From contig NC_133618.1 in NCBI RefSeq assembly GCF_048593235.1, positions 1,798,001 through 1,854,763 on the forward strand: a DNA stretch of 56,763 nt, written 5' to 3'. How positions within the stretch are numbered: position 1 is the stretch's first letter; every line of letters starts with the position of its first letter. Below are positions 36,241 through 49,999 of this stretch, in pieces. Source of the stretch: Sminthopsis crassicaudata. Its lineage: Eukaryota. A program made the position numbers and the translations under genes. Under the pieces are notes generated by a model. The model saw nothing but the letters and a program-made list of their open reading frames with translations. It was not told the origin of the DNA and did no database searches.

Positions 36241-36639
36241 TGGATGGATGGATAGGTGCACAATTTGCTTGGCCTTTGTCTCCTCTTATTTACTCCTAGC
36301 TTTTATGTTTCTCTCTGCTTCTACTGAGTTGCCAAAGGAGTTCTTAAAGACTATTTTGTTTTCTCTGCCTTTTAGAACATCAGGAGATGTAATTAAGTGA
36401 TAAACATCAACGAGAAGTAAATTGAAATCGTAACCCATGATTGAGATCTGGCCCACAGAGATCAAGAAAACATGAGCTCTTTCAGGCCAAGGGCTGGAGC
36501 ATTTCCATGTTTGCCCTTAGTAAATGCTTAATAAATGAATTTGTAACTGGAATAGACACAATCATGACTGAATGGAAGTGAGAGATGACATTTTGTTCTA
36601 TATTGTTTTTCCCTATTTACTAATTCAGAAAGTCGCAGA

Positions 36640-36900
36640 CTTCTATCAATATGGACACTACATTTAGGAAGACCACCGGCAATCTGGAAAGTGTCCAGCA
36701 GTAGATGACCAAGGTTAATGAGGTGATAGGAAACCATGCTGGATAAATGTTGATTGACTGGTTGGATATAATGAGATAATCAACTGAAATGTCAAGGAAT
36801 AATTTACCCTGGAGATGAGATGACTTAACAACAAGGGAAACATACAAGATGCCTTGCAATATCCAAAAGCTCTTGTGTGGAAGAGAGAACAGCCCTGTTC
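36640..36900 (+). mobile_element. L3/CR1 LINE fragment
   Basis: cactacatttaggaagac...ctggaaagtgtccagc...ggaaaccatgc resembles the CR1 RT C-terminal region. Confidence 0.55.
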
Positions 36901-37429
36901 AATTTGGAAAAAAACAGGAGAAATGGAGGTAAGGTGAAATTGGAATTCAGTCCAACAGAAGCAAAAATGTTCTATTGATTAGGGATGCTATGCTGTGTCA
37001 GATCTTGGAATTGACAACATGGCAAAGTAATGGTCTCTAGACAAAACCCCCCATGGAATACTCTCCAAAGCAGGGAATTTGTCATCACCCCAGTAAATAA
37101 AGATGAATCAATGAGAGAAGAAGACAGAAATATCACATTGGCTAAAAGAGTTATCACCTAATCTGGTAGAATACCCAGAATTCCCATTTACTTTTCACCC
37201 CAATTCATTTGATATGCCAGACTTCATAGGATGATGTTTCTGAATGTGCTTGTGGTGGCCCTTTCATGCCCTCCCCATAGCAATGACTTATTCTGAATCC
37301 TATCCCTCTACATTTGATGAGGCATGAAAAACATTGATCTGTCCAGGGCATTTAAAGAAAAGGGAGTACAATTATTTGCATATAGGATACTTATGTATGT
37401 CATCACAGAGCTGTCCTCTCAAGAAAGAG

Positions 37430-38425
37430 AATCAGCATGACAGAAAAAAGATAATAATAAAAGTTGGAGGGGATGTGGGAAGACTGGGACACTAATACAT
37501 TGTTGTGGAATTATGAACACATCCAACCATTCTGGAGAGCAATTCTTGCCAACCTGGCATGCAACAGTTGGTCAATCAATAAGAATTTATCAAGAACTTA
37601 CTATGTGGCTAGCACTGTACTAAGTAACTAAGAGACAAAGAGTCAATAGACAATCTCAAAAAGTTATCAGATGGTGCATACTCTTTGATCCAGCAGCGTT
37701 ACTACTGGGCTTATATCCCAAAGAGATCTTAAAGGAGGGAAAGGGACCCATGTATGCCAAAAAAATGTTTGTGGCAGCCCTTTTTATAACGACTAGAAAC
37801 TGGAAACTGAGTGGATGCCCATCAGTTGGGGAATGGCTGAATAAATTATGATATATGAATGTTATGGAATATTATTGTTCTGTAAGAAACAATCAGGAGA
37901 ATGATTTCAGAAAGACCTGGAAAGATTTACAGGAACTGCTTCGAAGTGAAATGAGCAGAACCAGGAGGTAATTGTACACAGCAACAGCAAAATTATACAA
38001 TGATCAATTCTGATGGACGTGGCTCTCTTCAATAACGAGATGATCCAGGCTGGTTTCAATGATCTTGTGATGAAAAGAGCCATCTGCACCTAGAGAGAGA
38101 CTGTGGGAACTGAGTGTGGATCACAATATAGTGTTTCACTCTTTTTGTTGTTGTTTGCTTGCATTTTATTTTGGTTCTTTTTTTACTGGTTTGATTTGAT
38201 TTCTTGTGTTGCACAATAAGTATATAAATATGTATGTATATATTGGATTTAACATATATTTATGCCATGTCCAATATGTATTGGACTACTTGCCATCTAG
38301 AGGAGGATGGGAGGGAAGGGGAGGAAATTGGAACAAAAACTCTTGCAAGGGCTAATGTTGAAGACTTGTCCATGCATATGTTTGGGAAAAAAAGCTTTAA
38401 TAAACAAACAAACAAACAAAAACCA
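37430..38425 (+). mobile_element. L1 ORF2 C-terminus plus 3'UTR, carrying a 115-bp foreign insert (37543-37657)
   Basis: ttggaggggatgtgggaagactggg...tatatcccaaagagatc...full 3'UTR with (CAAA)n tail. Confidence 0.92.
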
Positions 38426-38879
38426 AGAGAAAAGGAGCTGCAATTTCCTATACAGTGATCATACTAATCAGGAACCCATCTAACTCCTACTCTTACCCAA
38501 GCTTCAGTTAAAGGTAGCTTTCCTCTATTTAGGAGGAATGGTTTGTGTCACAGCAGAAATGAAGAGAGCCCAAATAATCAGACTGGGAGTTAGAGACCAA
38601 CTGCTGGGCCTGGAGAGAAGAAAAAAAAGAACAACTAAAAGGTAAAAATTCCAAGTGAGAAAGACTGAGTAAAAACTGAGATTTCAGCATAAAAATAAAC
38701 ACTAAGTTATGAGAATATTTTAACTTGTTCTAACACATAGAATAAACATTATACTTTGGAAAAAAGTGAAATGCCCTTCAAATACACACACACATACACA
38801 CAGATACACAAATACACACACACAGAGACACACATGTACACACACCAGAACAATGAACAATGAGAGAGCATTTTATGGA

Positions 38880-39325
38880 TGCCTTTGTGAAGGAATAACA
38901 AAAAAGAAGCAAGAGAATATTGTACATGGCAAAAAGATTATGTGATAATCTACTATGAGGGACTTGGCTCTTCTCAACAATGAGGTAATTCCAGCCAATT
39001 CCAATAGACTTCTGATGGAGAGAGCCATCTGCACCCAAAAAGAGGATTGTGGGAATTGAGTGTGGATCACAATATAATGTTTTCACCATCTTTGTTGTTG
39101 TTTCCTTACTTCTTTCTCATTTTTTTTCCTTTTTGATATAATTTTTCCTGTGCAGCATGATAAATGTGGAAATATGTATAATAGTATTGCACATGTTTAA
39201 CATATATTGGATTATTTGCCTTCTAGAGAAGAGAATGAGGAGAAGGGAGGGAGAAACATTTTGAACACAAGATTTTACAAGGGTAAATTATGAAAGTAAA
39301 AAGCCATTATTATATAAAAAAGAAA
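38880..39325 (+). mobile_element. L1 3'UTR copy
   Basis: Aligns to 37950-38400. Confidence 0.85.
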
Positions 39326-39329
39326 TGTC

Positions 39330-41580
39330 AGAAAAGTATTACAAAGAAATAACTATTTTAAAAGAATCTGTTAGGCTGAAAATTAAGCCTCTATCAAAGT
39401 TCTCAAGGGAAAAATATCTAGAGAAGAAAAATACTAGACTAGTAGACTTAAAATAGATTCTAAAGGTCTCTTCAAAGTAGTTAGAGATGCAAAATAAAGC
39501 AGAATATTTCTCATCGAACAATACAGATGTGAAAGAAAAGCTAGTAGAAAACAAAACAAAGATGAGACCATTGTAAGGATATGTAAATTCTGTACAGACT
39601 GAAGTGACTGTCTTTTATATTGGCCCACAGAATGTATAGGGATAAATGAAGGATCGTAACAAATGATGATGCTTTTAAAAACCTATAGGGGAATGAAAAT
39701 CTGGAAACAGAAGGTACTAAGTAGCAAGATGTTCTGAAAGAGCAGAAATTACAAGCACCCTATTAGATGAAGCAAAATTTGCAATTTATGACTTAATCTG
39801 ATAAGTTACATTATTTTGAAAGAAGGACAAATTATGAAACAATGCTAGCACTAAAATGTATGTGCCAAATGTCATAGTATGTAAATGAATTAAGGGAAAG
39901 ATAACTGAATTGAAACAGAGAAAATAACACAGTAATCTTGGAAGATATTAGTTGGACAAAGTTAATGGAATGAGAAAAAGAAAGGAAAGCAAAAAAAAAA
40001 TGAATTGAATGTTGGAGAAGACAGAAAAAAAAGACTGATGATGATTTCCAAATAGGAACATGAAATAACAGAAATCTTTTTCAATGAAACATAGAACATT
40101 GTGTGTGTGTGTGTGGGGGGGAAAGTTATTTGTTTTGTTTTTAACAATCAGCTATGTTATGGGTACATGTTAATGGCACATAAGCTTTTAAAAGTAGAAA
40201 TACAAAACATCCTCATTGATCATAACAGCATAAAATTATTATTAGATGAAGGAGATATAAGCAGAAATTATAGACCTGAATGAAGATTTCATGATGTTAA
40301 CCTAAATGAGTGGGTTAAAAAAAACTCATCAATATAATGAATAATGATATGAAAGAAAATGGCATCCACAAGAAAACATACCAACATGTCTGGAATCCAA
40401 GCAAAACAAATCTCAGAGGAGAAATTCTTTCTCTGAGAATGTACATTAACAAAATTGGGCCCATGGAAGAGGGAGAAATCAGTTACAATGGGTATTCATT
40501 GAAGGTTTAGAACCACAACAATAATTAGAAATAAGAAAATAAAAAGTCTAAAATAAGTAAAACCTGGCTTTTTGAATGATGTCCCTCTACTTTCAAATGA
40601 GAGGCTCTTGAGGGGGAGGACCCACATGTTTTATTTTCTTCATGTTCCCAACACTAATTGTATAACAAAGAATAAGTACCTTAGAAGTGCACTCTGATTT
40701 ATTACTTTGGACTAACTAATAATTAGTCAGTTAACCTGATCAAAAAGGAAACAAATGTCACCAAAGTTAGAAAAAGACAAAATTACACAAAACATAGAAA
40801 TGAAAATAATTAGCAGAACCTACTAGATATGGCCTAGGCGGTATAACTGAGAATGTAAAAGAACAAGAAGATTACCTCCAAAAATATACAATTAACAGAC
40901 TTGAAACTAGAGATCTGAAAATGATTAAATTACAGAAAATGAAAGTAAATAATTTATAAAGAAACTACTCAGAGTGGAGAAGGTGAAAAGCCTATAGTGT
41001 AAGTAATTTCAAAAATTAATTCTATCAAATATTTTACTCAATAACTATGCTATATAAATTATGTTAAAATTGATAAAGCATTATAATAAACACTTTTTGT
41101 CATACAAATAATGTTCTAATATCAAAATCATAAAAGGATTATGAAGAGAAATAAAAGTCTAAATTAGTTTCACTGTAGATAAAGAAATAAACTTTTTAAA
41201 ATAAGATCAAATAAGANNNNNNNNNNNNNNNNNNNNNNNNNNNNNNNNNNNNNNNNNNNNNNNNNNNNNNNNNNNNNNNNNNNNNNNNNNNNNNNNNNNN
41301 NNNNNNNNNNNNNNNNNNNNNNNNNNNNNNNNNNNNNNNNNNNNNNCATACGCACACATATGTGTCTGAATTTAAAAGTATTAATTATGATAAAATTGTA
41401 TTTGTACCAAGGATATAAAGATGATTCACTATATGAATAAGTAAAATAATTTGAAAAAAATAGAAAATGATTTTATGCATTACAAAACACAAAATGTTAT
41501 ATGTTTAATTTGACTAAAAGTACAAATCGAAAACCCAAACCTAACATTAACAGCAATGGGTAGACACTAGAAGCCTTCCC
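39330..41580 (+). mobile_element. Ancient degraded L1 (ORF1 end and ORF2 debris)
   Basis: A-rich, with endonuclease-like remnants (aatgtatgtgccaaatgtcatagt, cataacagcataaaatt); contains the third gap. Confidence 0.6.
41217..41346. other. Assembly gap (130 N)
   Basis: N run. Confidence 1.
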
Positions 41581-41582
41581 AA

Positions 41583-41823
41583 TATTGTTTTTGGTGTTCA
41601 GTTGTATCCAACTCTTTACTAATCCATTTGGGGTTTTCTTGGCAGAGACATTGAAGAGACATTCTCCGGCTCATTGGACAAATGAGGAACTATAGGAAAC
41701 AGGGTTGAGTGACTTACCAGGGTTCCCAGCTAATAAGTGACTAAAGTCAAAAGTTTGAACTCAGGAAATTGAGTCTTCCTGACTTGAAGCTCAGCACTGT
41801 ACCCACCATATAACCTAACTGCT
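41583..41823 (-). mobile_element. MAR1-type SINE, antisense
   Basis: ttcagttgtatccaactct...ccatttggggttttcttggcagagac...aaatgaggaact...gtgacttaccagggt. Confidence 0.85.
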
Positions 41824-41989
41824 CCTTTTTCAATATTTCTGGAATGATAAAGCCCACAAAAATTTTGAGTAAATCAAGTTTCTAGCTTAAGATATCTTCA
41901 AAGGACATCAGGAAATGCCTGTCTCACTTGAGTAAAATGAGATTGTGGCCCAATATGTATAAGGTGGGGAATCTAGTGGGATACTCTTA

Positions 41990-43290
41990 GTCAATCCACA
42001 GACCAGCAGCAGAAACCCCTTAGTTCTAATTCATAGGGCCATTGGTTTAGTATAGCAACTGTAAGAACTTCAACCCAATTGCAAAAGGCAAATTATGAGT
42101 CCCCAACCATTGAAACAACAGGTTGGTAAACCTAGCACACTAGGAAACCAAAAGCCAGTGAGGGCTCTTGGCATCCTGTGAAAGAAGTTTGGGAAAATCT
42201 CCCCTGTGCCCTAGGAGAAAAGCTCAACTTTTAAAAATGAGTAAATAAATGAAAAGATTCCTGACCATAGAAAGCTACTATGATGATAGGGAAGATAAGA
42301 AAACAAACTTAGAAGAGAACAGCAATGGAAAAATGCTTACATGTGGAGTCTCAAAAGGGAATATGAATTGGTCTCAGCTGTGGGGACTGAGTATGGATCA
42401 CAAGATAGTATTTTAAGCTTTTTGTTGTTGTTTGTTTGCATTTTGTTTTCTTTCTCATTTTTTATCTTATTTTTTTTTTGTTCCATATCTTAATTGTGAA
42501 AATGTGTATAGAAGAATTGTACATGTTTAGCATATATCGGTTTACTTGCCAGGTAAGGAAGAGGGTGAGGGGAAGGGAGGGCAAAAAAATTTGAACACAA
42601 GGTTTTTCAAGGGTGAATGTTGAAAACTATCTATGCATTTATTTTGAAAATAAAAAGCTTTAATAAATGTTAAAAAAGAAAAGTTGGGGAGCTGATAGAA
42701 GAAAGAGTAATCTGGAGGAGGAAAATTCAGTAGAAAAACACTTTTGAGAAATTACAGGGTAAAAGGAAAGAGTAGGATAAACATGGGGAAAATAAAATCA
42801 CAGGAATACATAGTCGAATACTGTGAAAAATATAACGAGTTTGACAAAGATTTCATTTTCAACATATAGAAAACTGAGCCAAATTTATATAAATAATAGT
42901 CATTCCTTAATGGCCCTTTCCAAGAGAAAGTAATCAAATCTGTCTATAGTCATATGAAAAAATGCTCTAAATCGCTATTGATAGAGAAATGCAAATTAAA
43001 ACAATTCTGAGCTACTCCCTCAAACCTGTCAGATTGGCTAATAGGACAGAAAAGGAAAATGACAACTGTTGAAGAGTATGTGGGAAAATTAAAACACAAA
43101 TGTGTTATTGGTGAAGTTGATTACCAATTCAGCTATTCTGGAGAGCAATTTGGAGCTAAGTCCAAGTGGGTATAAAATCATGTATATCCTTTGAATGAGC
43201 TATACCAATACTCAATTTGTATCCCAAAAAGATAAAAAAAAAAAAAAACAAGAGAAAAAGGAAATGTGTACAAAAATATTTCTAACAATT
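41990..43290 (+). mobile_element. Old L1 5'UTR/ORF1 start and ORF2 pieces, interrupted by an L1 3'UTR (42380-42680)
   Basis: LTIESYYDDRED and KGNMNWSQ ORF1-like peptides; gagaaatgcaaattaaaacaattctgag ORF2 motif. Confidence 0.7.
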
Positions 43291-43294
43291 TTTT

Positions 43295-44862
43295 ATTATT
43301 TTTTTAATTTTATAATTATAATTTTTTTGACAGTATATATGCATGAGTAATTTTTTCTAACATTATCCCTTGTATTCATTTTTCCAAATTTTCCCCTCCT
43401 TCCCTCTACTCCCTCCCCTAGATGACAGGCAATCCCATACATTTTACATGTGTTACAGTACAACCTAGATACAATATGTGTGTGTAAATCCAATTTTCTT
43501 GTTGCACATTAAGTATTAGATTCCAAAGGTATAAGTAACCTGGGTAGACAGACAGTAGTGCTAACAATTTACATTCACTTCCCAGTGTTCCTTCTCTGGG
43601 TGTAGTTGTTTCTGTCCATCATTGATCAATTGGAAGTGAGTTGGATCTTCTTTATGTTGAAGATTTCCACTTCCATCAGAATACATCTTCATACAATGTT
43701 GAAGTGTACAGAGATCTTCTGGTTCTGTTCATTTCACTCAGCATCAGTTGATGTAAGTCTCTCCAAACCTTTTTGAATTCATCCTGCTGGTCATTTCTTA
43801 CAGAGCAATAATATTCCATACCCTTCATATACCATAATTTACCCAACCATTCTCCAATTGATGGACATCCATTCATCTTCCAGTTTCTAGCTACAACAAA
43901 AAGAGCTGCCACAAACATTTTGGCACATACAGGTCCCTTTTCCCTCTTTAGTATTTCTTTGGGATATAATCCTAATAACAGCAATGCTGGGTCAAAGGGT
44001 ATGCACAGTTTGATAACTTTTTGGGCATAGTTCCAAATCATTCTCCAGAATGGCCGGATTCTTTCACAACTCCACCAACAATGTATCAGTGTCCCAGTTT
44101 TCCCACAGCCCCTCCAACATTCATCATTATTTGTTCCTGTCATCTTAGCCAATCTGACAGGTGTGTAGTGGTATCTCAGAGTTATCTTAATTTGCATTTC
44201 TCTGATCAGTAGTGATTTGGAACACTCTTTCATATCAGTGGAAATAGTTTCAATTTCATCATCTGAGAATTGTCTGTTCATATCCTTTGACCATTTATCA
44301 ATTGGAGAATGGTTTGATTTCTTATAAATTAGGGTCAGTTCTCTACATATTTGGGAAATGAGACCTTTGTCAGAACCTTTAACTGTAAAAATATTTTCCC
44401 AATTTGTTACTTCCCTTCTCATCTTGTTTGCATTAGTATTGTTTGTACAGAAACTTTTTAGTTTGATGTAATCAAAATCTTCTATTTTGTGATCAATAAC
44501 GATCTCCAGTTCTCCTCTGGTCATAAATTCCTTCCTCCTCCACAGGTCTGAGAGGTAAACTATTCTCTATTCCCCTAATCTATTTATGATCTCATTCTTT
44601 ATTCCTAAATCATGGACCCATTTTGATCTTATCTTGGTATATGGTGTTAAGTGTGGATCCATATCTAATTTCTGCCATACTAATTTCCAGTTTTCCCAAC
44701 AGTTTTTTTCAAATAATGAATTTTTATCCCAAATGTTGGTATCTTTGGGTTTGTCAAACACTAGATTGCTATAGCTGTATCCTATTTTGTCCTGTGTACC
44801 TAATCTGTTCCATTGATCAACTGGTCTATTTCTTAGCTAGTACCAAATGGTTTTGGTGACTG
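43295..44862 (-). mobile_element. Young 5'-truncated L1, antisense; same subfamily as 19896-21788
   Basis: 282-aa ORF2 C-terminal ORF (43676-44524); complete 3'UTR with A-rich tail; inserted in an older L1. Confidence 0.97.
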
Positions 44863-47030
44863 CTTTTTACAGAAAGAACTGGAAGAACCTGAATCCAAAT
44901 CAAAGATACCTTTTCTTTATTTTTCTTGTTGTTTATTTTTGTGTTTTCTTTCACAGAATATCTTACATGGAAATGTGTTTTGCATGACAACACATGTATA
45001 ACCTATGCTAAATTACTTGCTTGCTCAATGTGGTGAGGGGGAGAGAGAGAAAAAATTTGGAGCTTAAATCTTTTTAAATGTTAAAATTGTTTTTACATTT
45101 AATTGGGAAAAATAAAATATAATTTAAAAAACCCTCAGAAAATCTTCAAAAAACGAAGCGAGATAACTAATATTGTCACCAAAGCAAGACGGTTCCAAAT
45201 CATTAGCATTGCTAAATAGCAATAACAAAACTCAGAAGGAAATAATAAGGGAAGTCTCAGTCAAACCCACTACAAAATGCATAAAATATCCGGGAGCCAA
45301 GCTGCCAAGGCACACTCAAAATTCCATAAATTAATTTACCAAACATTGTTTAAAGAATTTTTTAAAGTTAAATAATAGGAGGAATATTAATTATTTATGA
45401 TCAGACTATTACAATATAGTTAAAATGATGATGCAACCTGAATGCATTTATCTATAGAATTATAATGGGACAAAATAAATTCTCAAGGAAATACTCCATC
45501 AAGTTAGATCAAAGAGCAACAAAATTTAATTGGGTAAACAAAAGGTCTAGAATCTTAAAGAAAGGATGTAAATATCATCAAGTGAAAGGGCAAATTACAA
45601 TACTTCCAGAGCTCAAGTTATCTGACACAACAGTGATCATTAAATAATTAAACATGCTGGTTTTTAAAATAAACAGATGAATGAATGAATGAATGAATGA
45701 ATGAATGAATGAACAGATAGATAAATAAGTAAATGAATGATTGGATAGATATATAGAAAAATTAAGGGAGATAGGAGACTGACCATGATCATCTTCATAA
45801 TTCAATATTTGGGATGCCAAGGATCATGAGTTTCTTGACCTCTCTAGTCTGGCAACGCTGGGAAAAGATTTGGCAGAAGTCAGGTTCAGGCCAACATCAT
45901 GCATTCCTTATTATAGCAAGTTCACAGTGGATAAACAGTAGATAAATATCTCAAGTACAAAAGGCCACCATAAAGAATAAAGCTGGGTACTTTTCCAAAT
46001 TGTAGCAAGGGGTGGGGGAATAAAAGTACCAGGAGATGACAAAAAGTTAATTTAAAACTATTTTGCACAATCGAAATCAATTCAGTCAAGATTAAGAAGA
46101 GAAAATCTGTTGGAAATTCATGAATTGAGTATCTTTGATAGAAGTCTGATACACAAGATATGTGAGCTATACAAGTAGATTGGGAGTCATATACCAATAA
46201 ATAACTAGTCAAAACGTGTGGAAAATGGGTTTCAAAAGAATGGCAAATTATTTGCAAGCACATGAAAAAGTGTTCCAAATCACTCCTTATAAAGGGGATC
46301 TAAATCCAAACAATACTTCCATTTCACACACATCTCAAACTGGAAAAGAAGACAAAAGCTATAAATAGTCAATGCTGGAAGGACTACAGAAAAGCAGGAA
46401 CATGAACAGACTGTTGGTGAAGCTGGGAATTGGACCAACCATTATGGAATGCAATTTTGATTTTTCCAAATATTGTGCCTTAAATGTTTGTGCTCTGTTC
46501 AACATATTCTTCAAGGAGTTTAAAGACAGAAAGATAGACCCCATATACACTAAAATATTCTAAACAGCATTTGTGTGTTTATAGTAATAAAAAACAGGAA
46601 ATAAAGTGAATGCCCTTTGATTAGGAAAAGGCAAAACAAGCTTCAGTGTATGAATGCTCATCAAAATAAACTGAACTAGGGGAAAATGTATGCAGTGATT
46701 TCAATAAAAGTAAGCAAAAAGACCAAAAATCTGGAAGTGAGCACCACATAATTATAATGATGAAAGGTGGCTCTAGAAGAGAGTGAAGAAAATCAACTTC
46801 CTTTTTATCATTGCCAAGAGGGGAGTACTATAGACTTTATCAGACATGATTGTATATCAGTTATTTTGATGGCCTGTTTTTATTTTCTCTTCTTCTTTTT
46901 TTTTTTAAATCCTTGTCAAAAAGGATGACTCACTGGGTAAAATAGGAGGAAAAGGATAGCTTAATGACAAAAGTGTGTGGGTTTAGCTTTGCTTTGTTTA
47001 TTTGTTTTGATGGAGAATGGTTTTGAATCC
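44863..47030 (+). mobile_element. Older L1 ORF2/3'UTR debris with (TGAA)n at about 45676-45712
   Basis: cttccagagctcaagttatc (LPELKL), catgaaaaagtgttccaaatcactc (HMKKCSKSL). Confidence 0.7.
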
Positions 47031-47044
47031 TTGTCAAATGGCAG

Positions 47045-47420
47045 TCAAAGGAACTAGGAATATTTGGTTCTGAGAAGATAAGATTCAGGGACCATGGTAT
47101 TTATTTTCAATTCTTGAGAGAGCTGTCACGCAGGCACAAGATCCACTCTCTCCCTTTGGCTCCAGAGGCTAGAAACAGAAGCAGTGACAAGAGAATGGGG
47201 CTTTATAAGGAGGCCCTTTGAAGCTCAATGCCAGAATGAAACATCCTATTAATAAGAACTCTTCCCAAATTGAACAGGCTTCTTTGGGGGTAATAGACTT
47301 TTCTCCTTTGAGAACTTTAGGCAAAATCCAGCTGGCTGCTCATCAGGAATATCGCAGGTGGGGTCCTGCACAGGCTAGGCGAGGTGATTAATAAAACTCC
47401 TCCCAACTCTCACAGTCTGC
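47045..47420 (+). mobile_element. L3/CR1 3' end
   Basis: aaggaactaggaatatttggttctgagaagataagattcaggg...ggctccagaggctagaa...cctcccaactct. Confidence 0.7.
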
Positions 47421-48825
47421 AACTGTCCTGATCCCTCAATGAAACCACATAAAACCAAGAAATCTGGTGGTATGGTAATGCGTCATTCACAGACTCAGAG
47501 GGTGTGAGTTGGGTTCAAAAGGTCCCTCCCAGATAGGAGGCTGTGGGAATCTCGAACCTTTCCTGGTCTAGTTCTTTATTTGAGTCAACATCAGTCAATC
47601 CACTGAGATTGGAGTGAGTCTAACCAAAATGGCCTCCCTAGTGTCCACATCCTAGTATAAGGGCATTAAGCCAAGCAGTTTGAAGTGCCTCAGACCAATG
47701 TTCCCCTCCCCAAGCACATATCCAGCATGCCTCCAGGGAGAAGTATGCATAACTTCAAATGGATAAAATGTCTTTAAATAGCTTTACATGAAACTTGGAG
47801 AGGAAACTATAATCATATGTGAGCTAACCACTCATTAACGCAGACAATTTAATCATAGCTGTTGACCTATCTGTTGCATTTGGGAAGTGACAGTAGGATT
47901 AATTTGTGAAAAATCCCAGGATAATTACCCAGAATCACATGCCAACAACAGGTGATACAACCAGGTATAAAAATAAAGAGTCCAATGGGAACACAGAGGC
48001 ACATCCCAGTCTCCTGTGAAAAGTGGTAGTCAGAGGTGACACGACCTTTAAAATCCCTGACAGGTTTTTGTCTAAACCTCCACAAAATCAAGGGTTGAAA
48101 AGTAGCCAACCCCATCCCTTGGCATCTATTCCTCCCCAGGAGACTGGAGTTTCTTTCTTTTGTGGTTCGTCGTTTCTCCTGTCACAGGGAAAATTTTGTA
48201 TCTCCATAGCTCTGGTTGGAGGCTTGAGGGCTGCCTCTGTTCTCCTTCACCTTCAGAACCCCCATTTAGAATGAAGTTCTTCATAGCCATGTGCAGCCAC
48301 CTCTCACTGACCACTACTGGATGTCTCAGGTTGATCTCCACCTAGGTAGACCCCTCCTGTCTCACCAATAGTCTTTAAAAAGACTGTCCTCATCTTGTGA
48401 CATCTTGTAATGTCACTAAATAACTTCAAGAATATCAAGTAGATTACAGGGGCTTCCATTTCTTGCGTGAGTTAGATTGTGGCTTCTGAGATTCTGTAGT
48501 TCTGAATATCCCCTAATCCTATGAAACAGAAAACTAAAAAACAGGATGATGTTAATGCATAAGAGACTCCTCAGATAACAGACCTAAACAGGATGTGAAC
48601 ACAAAAGAAAACACGTATAGACAACAGAGTTTATAGAAGGATAGTCTACCCTTAAAACCCAGTGGTGTGTGTGTTCACTGAAGCCTGGGATTCTAGGACC
48701 ATTCAAAGTATTTATGTTGCTGGGGGGGGGTGAATCAAAGGAAGGATGGATACTGCTCATGGCGGATAGTTCAGGGCTAAGAAATGATGGTGGCAAGACA
48801 GAACTTTCTCTTTTCCTTGCCAAAG

Positions 48826-48887
48826 AAAACTATTTTCGGACTGAGAAGAGTTGACCAAAAACATTTCATGCTGAGATAAAGCCCAAG
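48826..48887 (+). other. Candidate non-coding exon
   Basis: ctttctcttttccttgccaaag acceptor and consensus AAG|GTAAGT donor; stops in all three frames. Confidence 0.2.
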
Positions 48888-49254
48888 GTAAGTGGGAACA
48901 GAGGAAGACAGTATCCAAGAAACTGCAGGCAGTAGAGCCAGATGACCAATAGTAGTGACTGTTGAGGGAAGGGCAGATAAGACTGCTAAGCTTCTGTCAG
49001 TGACATTCTAGAAATATTGGAGAACTGGAGGAGAGCCTCAGGATTGGAAAAGGAAAATGGAGCTGAATTTTTCCTGAAATTGAAAAGTGCAATCTAAGAT
49101 TTCCTAAACCGGACTCCTTTTACTCAAAAAGTTTACTTTTTGACACTTTACTTAAGGAGTGACTTGGGAATATATCAGTAGAATAGTAGGAGTCCATGAG
49201 GCCAGCAGAGGTTTCTAATCAAATGTTCAACTTATAGAAATCATCATCATCGTT

Positions 49255-49497
49255 ATGTATTTTTACATATTAATAACATATATATCTTTATGCATCTATA
49301 TCTTTAAAGTTTGATCCCCACAACAACCCAGAGAGATAGGTACTGTTCTTCTCATTTTACAAATGGGAAAACTGAGGCTATGATGAGTAAAATGACTTGC
49401 TCAGGGTCACATAGAAAGTGTCTGAGCCAGGATTTGCCTTCAGGTCTTCCTGGTTCCAAGTCTAACTTTCTATCCTCTGTAACTCCTAGCTGCCTTT
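49255..49497 (-). mobile_element. MIR, antisense
   Basis: ctcattttacaaatgggaaaactgaggct...gacttgctcagggtcaca. Confidence 0.9.
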
Positions 49498-49599
49498 ACC
49501 CTTTGTAAGGAAATGAGAGCCATCTTCAAGTACCTGAAGATATATATGTGGAATAAGGATTAGCCTTCTGTTTGTTCTCAGAAGACAAAACTAAAAGCA

Positions 49600-49765
49600 T
49601 CAATTAATTCATTCATGTATTCATTCATTCATGTGACAAGTATTTATTAAATACATCTGTTTTGTGTCAGGTGCTATATGAGACACTGAAAGCACAGAAA
49701 CAAATGAATCAGTTCCTGATCTCAAGGAGTCTTTATTCACTTTGAAGGAAGCAATGCCTAAATGG
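49600..49765 (-). mobile_element. L2 3' end, antisense
   Basis: (TTCA)n, then caagtatttattaaatacatctgttttgtgtcaggtgct. Confidence 0.8.
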
Positions 49766-49829
49766 AAGAAGTGACTTGCTAACAATGGAAACTATGTCAT
49801 TAAAAATAGACCTTAAAAATCACTTTTTC

Positions 49830-49995
49830 TATTTTTTGTTTTTTTATTTTATTATCATAGCTTCTTATTTACAAAACATATGCATGGGTCATTTTTCAAC
49901 ATTGACCCCTGCAAAAGCTTCTTTTCCAACTTTTCCCCTCCATCTGCCCACTCCCTCCTCTGGATGGCAGATAGTCCAGTACATGTAAAATATAT
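49830..49995 (-). mobile_element. L1 3' terminal fragment, antisense
   Basis: T-rich tail; catatgcatgggtcatttttcaacattgacccctgc. Confidence 0.85.
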
Positions 49996-49999
49996 AACT

